A DNA stretch of 60,000 nt. Origin: Amphiscolops sp. MND2022. Its lineage: Eukaryota. The translations under genes and the position numbers were made by a program. The notes beneath the pieces are model-generated. The model worked only from the letters and a program-made list of their open reading frames with translations. It made no database searches and was not told the origin of the DNA. This document shows, in pieces, positions 48,654 through 60,000 of this stretch (positions are counted from its first letter, which is position 1; each line of letters starts with the position of its first letter). The stretch spans positions 67,458,001 to 67,518,000 of the forward strand of contig OZ076409.1 in the NCBI GenBank assembly GCA_964187785.1. Direction: 5' to 3'.

Positions 48654-49106
48654 TATTGAAACAGAGAATTTTGCGATGGAGGATGAGTTTGGTGTTGGAT
48701 CGGGTCATAGAGTTCTAATTTTTGAGTATACCCGAAATCTTTAAGCATATTATTAAAAGCGTCAGTGGCTTCTTGGAGAGCAGTACGGAAGTATTGATCC
48801 TTTGAAGTTAAGGGCGGAGTTTAGGACGAAAACAACATTAGATGCTGTTTCGCAAATTGCAATTTTGGGTGCTTCAAGGTGGATTCGCGAGTATTGCCCA
48901 AATGTAATTTTTTTCTTCTTTATTTGCGTGACATTGTAGAGGACCTTTAAGAAAGCAATGAGACATTTTGGCGTAATTTTGTTCTTGTTTATTTCGAGCG
49001 AGAGTTTAAATGCCATGGTGTGAAATATGGCGGCTTTGAGGCTATGCACTTTCGAGAAATCTGAGGTCATGGTAATAATGTCGTCTGTTTCAGCATTTGG
49101 AGCCAT
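48654..49106 (-). CDS. ORF-Z: unassigned 114-150-aa ORF
   Basis: ATG ORF 48762-49106; a frameshift near 48800 would extend it (..NFKDQYFRTALQEATDAFNNMLKDFGY..FQ*). Confidence 0.4.
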
Positions 49107-49522
49107 GATGTTGAGGGTTGGAAGATCGTGAAGAGAGAGAAGTGGAAATGTTCTGAAAGAATGTGGATGGAGGAGGGAGAAGAGAAGATGTTTCTAAAAC
49201 AGAGGAAGTGTAAGAAGAATGACAATATCAAGTCAAAAATGTACAACAAAATTGGGTGCTAGAATGTATCTTATGTAATGTTGTGCTATTTTGTTTTGTA
49301 TGTCTTGTATTGTAGTTGTTTGATAGAAGTAGTTATCTTTTTGACATGTACTGTAGGAAAGAATGTTGTACTTGAAAGATAGTCCTGAGATTTCATTCAA
49401 AAGCAAGATTTTACTTTAAATAAGTAGGTAAAAATTAAAATACCTTTTATAGTGTGCCAAAGATGTATCATAGAATGTACCAGAGAAGAAAAATTAAGAA
49501 CGTTTTATTACCTGTAGAAGAC

Positions 49523-50909
49523 TTAATGAAGATTAGTTGAGTTAAAAAGAGTAGTTATAGTTTCCAAAGCAGATTGAATTGCTTGGGATGATTGAGTGAT
49601 GTGTTGAGAGTCTAAATCGAGTGTCTGAAGGAGTTTGTGTGTTCTGTCGTAGCAGCGTAGGATATGTGTGAGTGTTGTGATAGGTGTTTCAGAGGAGTTT
49701 CGTTTATAGGGTTCAAGTAATGTTGTCATGTCGCGAAGTGTTCGGTTATTCAATACAGAAGAAAGTTTGTCAGGAGCGTTTTTTATAGGTGAAGCGTGTG
49801 ATTTATGTTCAGTTTTGTGTTCAGCTTGTACCATGAAAGAAATATTTTTAGCAGAAATAAAGAGAAGTTCATAGTAGGAACACGTTTGCTTGTAGAGTGC
49901 TGTATAGTAAGTTCTATCTTTATCGTCAAGTGGAGAAGATACTAGGTGTTTAATGACAGTGAGAGGTTTGGCAATTTGAGTAGGAATGTTGCAAGGCAAC
50001 AAAAAGTCATCGTAATGTATGACATATTCTTGAGGTACAATAAGTGGGCGTGAAGTATTGTTATATGGAAGCAAACAGAAGTATTGTTTTATAGGGTCAT
50101 AATTTCGAAGGTAGCCTGTTATACAGGAGTGGTCCAGAGTGTACATATTTGTCATTGTGAACGGTGATGTATATTTGTAATTGACAAAAATGTGATTTTG
50201 TGGTTTCGTGTATTGTAGGAATTTAGTATACGTTTGATGATGAGTAGCTTTTTGTGCTATAGAGAGAAAAGATGGATCAGATTCATCTGTTTTGAGATCG
50301 TAGATAGGTGGTCGAAGAAAATTGAATTGTAGAGAGAAAATTTTAATTCCATTATCGAGCCAATATTGGTATGGACCCATTATTTTGGAGGCAATGGATG
50401 TGAAGAAGTCTTGATTTTTGTCATATAAGCGAAATGAATAGTCGGTAGGATGCACATATAGAGAAGTTAGCTGTGCTTTAAAGACGAAATCGTCAGTAGA
50501 AAGGATTGGGATCAAATGATCATCGCGATTCGTGCAAAGTGAAAATTTTGAAGGGATTGAAGGAGGATATATTGGTGATGAAAGAAAGATTGGATCTTTC
50601 ATAATTTCATATCGTTTTTTTTGGAGGAGGTGCTGTCGGTTGTGTATGATCAGTATCATCTTGTGGAGGAGTAGGTTTTGAATTTTCGTGTTCAACTTTT
50701 TTGTGTTCCATTTGTTCAAGAAAAGTTGGAGGTGTTTGTTCAAAAGTCTCAATATAGAGAACAGGAGAATCATTTGAAAGAGGTCTAGTTATGAGATCTG
50801 CTGGGGTTGCTTGTTCAAGCTGTGTTTGTAGATCGATTTGTGCTTGTGTCATTGTGTTTTTGAAAATATCAACAGTCACAGTGTTATCTATTCCAAGAGG
50901 CCTTATCAC
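49523..50909 (-). CDS. ORF-Y: unassigned ~440-aa accessory ORF after env, frameshifted at an A8 run (50615-50622)
   Basis: ORF 50607-50909 (..TAPPPKK) joins ORF 49523-50773 (RYEIMKDPIF..) at the homopolymer; about 360 protein-like codons follow. Confidence 0.6.
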
Positions 50910-51118
50910 TTTAAAGTGAAAGTACTATAAATTACACTAACGAGTGGATTTATCAACTTTAGTTGAAAAGTTATTGAAGACGGTTATTATTAGAGATGTA
51001 TTATTGGGCTGAGGAAGATGAACTTCTGCAAGAGTTTCGAGGGGTGGAGGAGTAGCAATTGTGAAGAGATAGTAGGCAAGTGTGCTGGAAGAGAGTTACA
51101 AAAAAACTGAGAGAGTGT

Positions 51119-53833
51119 TCAAGAAGATGGAGGAGGAAAAGGATAGTTTATCCGCGAATAGATTTTAATTGGAGTATCCGTAGCAGAAGTGACAGGATTG
51201 TTAATTAAAGTGTCATGTTGAGTAGTTAGATTGTCATTCGGGTGAAAGTTTTTATGAGTATAATTAGGAAGTGGAGGATGTTGAACAGGGGAGAAAGGAA
51301 GTGGAGCTGTTTTTTGGTGAGAATTGTGGTGTCGTTTTGGAAGCAAGTTAAATTTAGGAAATTGAACTTTGTTAGGACGTTTAGTATAGAAAAGTGGAGA
51401 GAAGGTAACATCTGTAGAAGGATTAATTAGATTTGGAGAAGTGTCAATAAAATTATCTAAGGATTTGGATTTTAAAAGTGTACTTTTGGGTTTTTTGTTT
51501 TGAGTCTCATGGAGGTCACTGACCATTCGTGCTGTAAGAACATTAAAAAAACCATGTGCTGTAGAGCTAAAAAAGGTAATATTATTTTTGAGATTATATT
51601 TAATGGATATTGTTTTGTAAAGTTTGACAATGAGTGTAAGAGTAGCTTGTACAAAAAGAAATGTAGAAAAGTATATACCACATTGTGTGAGAATGTAACA
51701 AGGGTATCCAAAAAGTGCAATAAAAGCATCAGAAAACCATGTAGGTGTAAAAAGAGGAGTTAAATTCAAGAGTTTATCATGGAGTCCTACACGTAATGTA
51801 TTATAAGGATTACCAGAATCTTGAGGGGAATCTGCATCATAATTTGGAGTATTAGATGAAATGAAGGAATAACTAAGAGCTTTGTCTAACAATTGGAGTG
51901 TAGAGTCAGAATGTTTAGAAAATAAAATACGGTTCCAAAATTGATCAAGTTCTGCATTTGAATATATACCAGCATCTTGGGCTGTAAAAGTATTAGGACG
52001 TATCGTAGTTTTGATTTGTGAAGGTGAAAACATTAGTGGAGGTTTGCGTTTAATAGGTTCAGGTCCAAGAATGTAAAAGTCTTGATCACTTGAATCAGGA
52101 TCTAGTTCAATAATGTTACGTGTACGTGGATTATTGTCACAGGTAATTGGTGTAGCATAGTCATAGGTTTGTCTTGTAATTGGATCAACGTACATTAAGG
52201 TATCTTTAAAATGTAAAAATATACGGTCAAAGCATCTATCTGCTTTGTATAAAGGAGATAAAAAATGAGGACAGTCATAAAGCCAGGCGATTGAGCCTTC
52301 AACGTATATAAAATTACTTCTATTACCGGTTAAAAGGAAACCAGCAAGTTGAGGGTTTTGCACTGACATTGCGAGTATTGTAAGGAGTTGGTTTCGTTCT
52401 AATTCCCATATTGTATGAAGAGTATTTAGTTCTTGTACTGTCATTGATCTGAAGACATGATTAATAGTATAATCTATTTTGGTGTTTATATGTGCATCAT
52501 AATCAATGGTAGCAAAATTGTTTGAGACATTTAATGCAGGGAATACGAATTTGTTATTTGAAGTGTCCAATACTATTTTACCAGAAATATATTCATTAAT
52601 CATGGAATGAGGATTGGGTTGTCCTGTATGCATATTGAAACCATCAGTGTATGTAACAAAAAGGTCTGAATATTGTGTAGAATATAGAGGGTCTGGTTTA
52701 CCACAAAAGGTTTGTGCTGTAGGAAAAACTTAAAATCTTGAAAGACTTGGGTTGTTTGGATGTTGTGTATGGGGAGCATAAACATAGGGATATTCTGTAC
52801 TTTTGATACCAGAAGTTGTTTTAGTTTTTATTGGGTGTGGAGAATGTACAAAAGAGTCTGTTTCAATCCAATATCTATCTTCAATTTTAGTCATACGTCC
52901 AATAAAGTCTTTTAATGTAAAAATTAGACAATAATCATCATTGAACCAAACAAGAGTAAAAGGGGTTTTTGTTGTGGGTTTACAGAAACCATCTGCAAAA
53001 TAGCAGGGTAATGTATGTCCATCGATTATCATGTCATTAGATGTGTCATCATATGTAAGTTCTACTTCAGAAATTTCTAGTCGCCAACTAACTAAGTTGA
53101 CTTCGAATTGGTGATGAGCAGGACAGTTATGATAAGGGTTTTGAGTAGGGTCATATATGCAGTTTTTATCAGCAGGCATAAATGTAAATGTACCTGTATA
53201 CATTTTGTTCAGTTGATATACAGTGAAAGGAGTTTGATATTGCTCTAAACGTTATTGAAAATAATGGTCTTCTAAGAGTGTAAAAGTTTTATTGTAGTGA
53301 AGGTTATTCAGTATTTTATCATTTGTACCATTTAAATGTCCTATAATGTTTTTACTTTCTACTGGATCAAGAGTAACAGGGAGCGTTAATGTATTATGAT
53401 TCCACACGGTTCTATCAACACGACGGTATTTTACGGAACCTTGAAAGCATATTTTCCATTCTTTCTTTGCATAAGCAACACATTTGAAAGCTTTGATGCG
53501 TTTAGCTTTAGCTCGAACATATACACGGGCTTTAACACTTGCATGTTTAATGTCAGAAAGAGCTTCAGTGCATTGTTTTACATTAGGTAAATTAAATTGT
53601 CTAAAATTGTGTTGTTTTGCACAGTCATAATGAGAAACCATGAGATTCGTAATATTTGGGTCATCCGATAGAAGATAGTTTTCTGTGTCAGAGGGTGTTA
53701 TGGGTATGGAAAAGGTGAAGTTAAATAAATGTGAAAAAAGTATTAGATTTGTTATGTAAAAGGTTGTGTAGGGTTTAAAAAGATGTTGTATATTTGAGAC
53801 CGGAATATGGGTTACAGAAGACAATTTTGCCAT
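51119..53833 (-). CDS. env: env: envelope glycoprotein resembling chuvirus/class III fusion proteins, two in-frame TAA (53252-53254, 52730-52732)
   Basis: Three listed ORFs share one frame (~904 aa from ATG 53833). Signal-like FYITNLILFSHLFNFTFS, YDC..L..V..C, FCGKP..LFV, ELERNQLLTILAM..NP..AG, C...RCFDR...YVDPITR...PITC, and TM segment YILTQCGIYFSTFLFVQATLTLIV. Confidence 0.8.
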
Positions 53834-55013
53834 ATGTGATAGTGGGTATATTAAGATCGCGTTCAAATTCAATATGTACTACTTCAAAAGGAGCAGGAGA
53901 GGTTTTATGTTCTTTTTTAGAAACGTGAATGATTGGGTGTGGATTTAATCCTTGAAATTTGACTTTGACTTCAAATTTAAGTTCTAGATTTGGTGTCTGA
54001 AGGCGTTTTAGTTCTGTTTCTTTGCGTTTGTGAGATAAGAGGTCGTTGTTATTAATGAAACGTTCTGCAAGAATTGGAAATCGGGGGTCGTTTTGTGGGT
54101 CGTAGATGGTTATACCATCGACTCTAAGTGGATAGTCAGCAAAATTTGGAGTTGGGGGTCTAGAGTGTTCTGCAGTATAGTATTCGGGTAGTCTAATATG
54201 TGCAGGAACAGGAGTAGGGATTACTACTTGTGAAAAAAGGTCTCCTGATAAAAATGCAGTCTGAGAGTTAGATGAGAGTAATGAAGCGGTTTCAAAGCCA
54301 GAAGTAAAATAAGGAGATTGAAAGAGTTCTGAAGATTGTGTGTCGGAGGACAATGGTTGAGCGTGTTGTCGTACAAGTCGTAGTGCAGAATTGCTAGAAA
54401 GAGCGAAAAAATTGAGTGTTGAAGTGTCTGTACTGAGTCTACGTGAAGGGAGGTCGCGAAGATTATATCTATGTTTAGGTACAAAAAGTGAACTTGTGTC
54501 TTGTGATGGAGCGTAGTCTGAAGTATTGTCTAAGAGATTTGAGAGTAATGTAGAAGGTTTTCGAAGAGGTTTTAATGGTGGATAAAGTTTTGAAGAAGTA
54601 GTGCTAAGTTCTGATGGTAATTTCAGTGAAGGTAACTTTGTATTTTCAGTATCAGGGATTTGTACAAGATTAAGTTGATGTTGTAGTCTAAAAGTTTTGA
54701 TAGCTGTAGGATGTTTGTAAGTTACGTATTGTTCAACACTTTCAGGGTTTGGTATGTGTATAATATGAGTGTTAATAGGAGTTTGTTGAGTACGAGTGTT
54801 TATAGGGATTTCAGTTATAGGTGGTCTATGAAGAAGTGATGAAGAGGTGGTTTCAGAGACGTATGATCTTGGTCTTTTAGAAGGAGTAGTAGGAGTTACA
54901 TTACTAGAGTTTGTAGTGTTTGATACTGAAGATTCAGGTGTAGAAGGAATACTTGGAGCTGATGGAGATATATCAGAGGGAGAATCCAGGATTGTTGAAT
55001 TGTTCTCAACAGG
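53775..55013 (-). CDS. ORF-X: unassigned frame between pol and env (413 codons open; S/T/P-rich N-half, globular-looking C-end)
   Basis: The frame of ORF 53775-54353 stays open upstream to a TAA at 55014-55016; no intact ATG in this copy. Confidence 0.6.
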   Translation of the reverse strand, partial: PVENNSTILDSPSDISPSAPSIPSTPESSVSNTTNSSNVTPTTPSKRPRSYVSETTSSSLLHRPPITEIPINTRTQQTPINTHIIHIPNPESVEQYVTYKHPTAIKTFRLQHQLNLVQIPDTENTKLPSLKLPSELSTTSSKLYPPLKPLRKPSTLLSNLLDNTSDYAPSQDTSSLFVPKHRYNLRDLPSRRLSTDTSTLNFFALSSNSALRLVRQHAQPLSSDTQSSELFQSPYFTSGFETASLLSSNSQTAFLSGDLFSQVVIPTPVPAHIRLPEYYTAEHSRPPTPNFADYPLRVDGITIYDPQNDPRFPILAERFINNNDLLSHKRKETELKRLQTPNLELKFEVKVKFQGLNPHPIIHVSKKEHKTSPAPFEVVHIEFERDLNIPTITYGKIVFCNPYSGLKYTTSF

Positions 55014-55105
55014 TTATCTATGAGATAACTTGTTATTGGGTTTATTTCATTCATCTGGAGTGACTAGTTTGGAGTGAGCCAGCGGATAGAATGATGGGAT
55101 TACAA

Positions 55106-58100
55106 TTACAATTTTGAGGGTGTAATAAAAAGTCTATATTCTAATTTGGGTTGTTGTCGTAGTTTATAAGTAGTTTTTGTGGTTCTGTCAATTAGAGGAG
55201 GAAGTGAAGTTGTTTGGTTATTAGATGAGTGTCTTGATCTGTCACTAGAGACATTAGTGTGTGGGGTATTAATTATATGTCTATATAAGGAGTTGTCATT
55301 GGTTGAGGGAGTCAAAGATTTGTCATTGGATGTTATAGATGGTGTATTTTGATTGGACGTACTAAATGATGATGGTGTCACAAATGTTTGAGACGAATTA
55401 TTCATGGTGGATGATGTCATGGATGTTCGAGAATCTTCTTCTGATAAGGATTCGTCTGAGTTAAAAGGGGAAGAATAACTGTTTGCATATTTGGTAGGTT
55501 GTGGAATTTGGAATTGAGTTGTGTCTGAAAAGCGCATAAAACTACGCAAATGTGGATATAAGAGTGGTTCTTTTGGATAATATGGAATTAAATGATTTCT
55601 ATGATAGTGTACTGTAGAGCCATCTTGTGCAAGTAGTTCAAATGTAACATCTGATAATCTATCAATAATTTTGTATGGTCCAATCCGAAGGGCTTTTAGT
55701 TTGTCAGAAAAATGAACATGTGTAAAATTGCGTTTTAAAACAAAGGTACCAATAGGAAGGGGTTTACCTTCGTGGTAAGTTTTTGTAATGTATGCGTGTG
55801 AATTGATTTTTTGTAAAGTGTTTTCGTATATTGTGGAATAAATTTGTAACATAACAGTTTCTACAGCGAGAAACCAATAGGGGATGGGTTTTGAAAGTGT
55901 TTTATAAAAAAATGGGTTTAAATCTGATTTATCATAATGGGAGTGTTCTGGAAGTTGAGAGCAATAGCGTGAAATACATGTTTTAGAGGTGTCTCGGTTA
56001 AGGTTTAAATCAAACGTAAGGGGTATTCTGGATCGGGTGTGGAAAACAACTTCGTGATGTGAAATATTGAGTTCCGAAAGTGGTTGTGAATTATGTGCAT
56101 AAGCGTACCTATGGACTTGGAATGCCCAATCTTTAGGTGTGTCATGTAATAACATTCGTAGATGGGTACCAAGATTTCTGTTTTGTACTTCGACAAGGCC
56201 ATTTGTCCAAGGAGAGTAAGTTGTTCTAGGAGAATGACGAATTCCCATAAGTGTACAAAGGTGTGCCATTTCTTTATTTACATATTTTGATCCACGATCA
56301 GTGACAAGATATATAGGTGGTCCAAATTTAATAATCCAATGGTGTAGGAGAGTTTTGATAGCAGTCTTTGCGTTGTTTGATCTGATGGGTACTGTAACAA
56401 CAAAGTGACTAAAAGCATCAATTATGACATGTATGTAGGATTTGTTGTGAGAAGGAGGATTAATAGGTCCTTTAGTGTCCATTGAAATTCGATAGTTGAA
56501 AGATGGAGCATGTTCTGAAAATGATTGTGTAGGAGCAGTTTGAATTTTCGTATTGAAGTGTTTGTTACGTTGACATTCAATACAGTCATGTATGAAAATG
56601 GAAAGCCATTTTTCAAGGAATGGAATGTAGTAATACTGTTTAAATGTATTGTATGTAATTTTCATACCAGTGTGAGAGTGTTCATGGAGTTTGTTAAAGG
56701 CAGTTTTGAACATTCGAAAAGGAAGACATATACGAGTAGTGTCTTGTACAAAATTTGGAGTAAAGGATTGGTTTATAACAGTAGGGTTTGTAATATATAG
56801 GCTAATAAGGTTTGTGAACTCGTCAATGAAAAATTGTGAAAATCTTTTGTAATATACATGTAAAAATGGAGTACCAGTGATAATAGGTGTTACAAATTCG
56901 GGTTTTTCATTGTTTAATAACCAAGAATAAACAGTTCTAAGAACCGGATCTTGGGATTGTTGTTGTTGAAGAGTTTTTATGTCTAATGAGTAATCATCTG
57001 GAAGGAAGAAACCTTGAAAATAGTTTTTGTACTTCAAAAATGATGTATCATAGAAAGGTATAATTTGTTGACAGTGTGTGAGAGATGGTAAATTTGGTTG
57101 TACACTTATTGCAGAAACAGATTTTGGTGAGGTAGTGTGAGTTATTTGGTTAAGAGTAGAATAGTTTTCTGTTTGTAATGTTGTGTCTTGTAGGAAGGAA
57201 GAGTCAGATTTTGGAATTCTGGTGTATATATGATCTTCGTCATCGCTTGAAACGTCAGTTTCATTAAGTAAGAGAGATTGTTGATGAAGGGTTTTATTGT
57301 TCTTTTTTATAGGTGTCTTGAACTTAGTTTGAAAAGGAGTTATAGATTTGAATGAGAAAGATTGTAACGGTTCGACAACAATATCATTTCCTTTATCATT
57401 GATACGAATAGAGAATTGATCTGTACCATAATCAGCGAGAATTGGATGAGAGTCATGTTTTTGATGAGATAAAATTTCTCCATGTTTAATTAAGTAATGT
57501 ACAGGTTTAAGAGTGTTATCTTGTAGAAGTGCAAAATCGATTTGTGGTGGAAGGTGTTTATGTTTTAATTGGTTTAGTTGTAATTCAGCTTTTGTGAAAG
57601 AGCGACTCAACATATCGGCAACAGAGAGATTTTTTCCAGGAGTGTGAATTATTTTGAGTTTTGAAAATTTTGTCAATTGCATTTGAGCTCTGTAGAAACG
57701 AGGACTGAGATTACCTTTCTTCATAAAACAATGTAATAAAGGTTTGTGATCAGTAAAAATGTGTATTGGATGGGGAGAACCTATGATAAGAAATTCATAG
57801 ATTTGAAGTGTGTGTACTATACCAAGAAGTTCTCTATCGAGTGTAGAGAGTTTTTGTTCTTGTGGATTAAGTATACGAGAGTTGTACGATATGACTTTCA
57901 TTTTGTTTTGTTCATTTAACTGGAATAAGACAGCGCCTAATCCAATAAGGGAAGCGTCAACTGTAATGAAAAATGGATGTTTTGTATTTGGTATTGTTAG
58001 TTCTGTTTCAGAAGTGAGAGACATTTTAAGTTTTTGGAAAAGACTTTCGTGTTCGTCTGTCCATTTCCAAGGAGTGTTCTCATGTAAAAGATCGTAAAAT

Positions 58101-60000
58101 GGTTTGAGATTAATATGTAGTTTTTCAATAAATTTGGTGTAAAAATTGAGTGCGCCAATGAAACTCATTAGGGCAACTTTGCCAGTTGGAGAAGGGATTT
58201 TATGGATAGCTGCAATTTTCGAATGGATTGGTTTAATTGTATTGTAACCAATTTCATGTCCAAGGAATTTGACTTTAAGAAGCATGAAAAAGGATTTTTC
58301 AGGAGTTAGTTTAAGATTGTTTTTTGTACTAATAATGTCTAGTTGTTCTATGAGTTGGAACATGTGTTCTTTAAAATCTGATAAAAGTAATATATCGTCA
58401 ATGTAGACAAGAGCGAAACCTTGTTCTATAAGAGTTTTAAAGAAAGTAGACATTTGTTTTGTAAAGAAATTTGGGAGTCCTTTCAGACCATAAAAGCCTC
58501 GGATAAAAGCGAAAAGTTTATCTCCGGAAGAGAAACTAGTAAGTTTTAGAGTGTCTTCATCAAGAGGTGTATGTGCATAGGCATACATAAGGTCAATAGC
58601 AGATTTGTACTTTTTATTTGCGCGTGCTAATTGTGGAGCAAGAGGTTCAATAGGCCAAGATTCCTCAGAATGTTCTGTATTGGAATTAAGGTGTCGAGCG
58701 TCTAATACACATTTTATTGTATCTCCCTTGGGGATTATAATGAGAGGGTTTAAATAAGTTGTGCCATAAACGGGTTTGTCTTGAGGAGAGGAACCAATTT
58801 GTTTGATAATGTTATATTTTTCAAGTTCTTTGAGAAGTACGTTAAGTTTGTATCGGTAGTGAATAGGGACTTTGGAAGGACGTTGTGTCATAAGTTGAGC
58901 ATTTGGTTTAAGTCGTATACGAAAGGGTGTTGAAATTTTTCCAACATCGTTTTTATGAGTTGCATAACATGTTTTATACTTGAGTAACATATTGCAAAAA
59001 GTAATGTATTCTGTATCTGTATGGTCAGAAAATTGGAAGTTAAATTTATTGATAAAATTGAGATTTTTAGAAGTGTATGGTAGAGAAGGAAAAATGCGTT
59101 TTTCGGAAGTGTGAGAAGTAGGCTGAACGTTTTATAAAGGAGAAGTTTGATTTGGAATGTCGTCATTAGTCATATAAATTTGATGTAGAGAGAATTGAGG
59201 AGAAGGGGTTGTAGGATCATCATATTGTACAATATAGTTGGTTTGTGGAAGTGGTTCTGTAATTTCAGGATGATAAGTATGAGTAACATTATGTATTAAA
59301 GTATTGATGTCATTAACCTGGAAGAATTTAGGTTTTTCATTAGTAATTGGAACTTCAATGTATCCAATATGTCCTGTAGGTAGTGTTGCAACATGTTTTG
59401 AGGTGTTCTGAATAATAGTTGCACAAATATCTGGTTTGTCATCTGTAAATACTTCAATGAAATTGAAATTTGTACGAAATTTGGTAGCAAAATAGGTATG
59501 AGGTACTGAAGGAAAGAAGTGGTTTTGTGGTGTAGTTGTAAAATGAAGATTATGATAATTTTTTATTGGAAAGTGTGCAATTTTTGAAGACTTGGGTTTT
59601 AGACGTATTTGAGTTTTTGAATTAATTCTATAAATGTAAGAGAAGTATGGATAATCTTTGGATAGGAGTGTTGTGAACTTTGCATAATTTGGGTGTGTTT
59701 TTGATTGGTATTTAAATTCGAATGTAAAGTCTTGTATGTTTATGTTTTGTATATTGTCTTCAAAGAATGGTGTGCCAAGGATGTTGTATTTGATATCAGC
59801 TACTGCGAAAGCTACTGAAAAGTAACGAGAGTCTTCATCAATAGTGGTGTTCAAAATTATATTTGCATAATGTAAAATAGGAACTTCAGTTTGGTTTGCA
59901 ACGGTTAATGATTTGGAATTTCGAGTTGGTCCAACATCAGAGGTGTGATTTGATCTGATATCTAGAAGTTTTGTAAGAGTTATGTATGTTGGGTAATTGA
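55106..60000 (-). CDS. pol: pol polyprotein (protease C-part, RT, RNase H, integrase with GPY/F), one in-frame TAA at 59132-59134
   Basis: NILGTPF (PR), FYGLK and YIDD (RT), DAS...ELL...TDHKPL (RH), HEHSH...CIEC zinc finger, DTKG/TDRG/NGLVE catalytic DDE, IGPYKI. ORFs 59132-59854 and 55106-58990 share one frame. Confidence 0.95.

Larger units (their letters stand above)
46753..60000 (-). mobile_element. Ty3/Gypsy (Metaviridae) LTR retrotransposon with env and accessory ORFs; 5' part beyond the window, 3' LTR poorly delimited
   Basis: pol order PR-RT-RH-INT followed by four further same-strand frames; uniform G-poor coding strand. Confidence 0.9.

Overview
AT-rich, intron-containing animal (invertebrate-like) genomic DNA, not prokaryotic. 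4747-34344 (+) holds 13 phase-consistent GT-AG exons, about 1342 aa and 5'-incomplete, of a synaptotagmin-like (Slp4/5 or bitesize family) tandem-C2 gene. Its introns contain many copies of a DINE-1/HINE-like non-autonomous element. Downstream are a perfect 640-bp zero-spacer palindrome (35458-36097), a 2.4-kb solo LTR with a 5-bp TSD nested in a decayed Gypsy pol, several MITEs (one foldback type with a 9-bp TSD) and an orphan secreted coiled-coil ORF. From about 46.8 kb to the window end (- strand) is a large Ty3/Gypsy element laid out as pol (PR-RT-RH-INT), ORF-X, env, ORF-Y, ORF-Z. Its env has a cysteine and motif pattern that, from recall, resembles chuvirus-type class III glycoproteins. 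This complex enveloped Gypsy with three unassigned accessory ORFs is the best candidate for an undescribed system. No database searches were possible, so family assignments rest on motif recognition.
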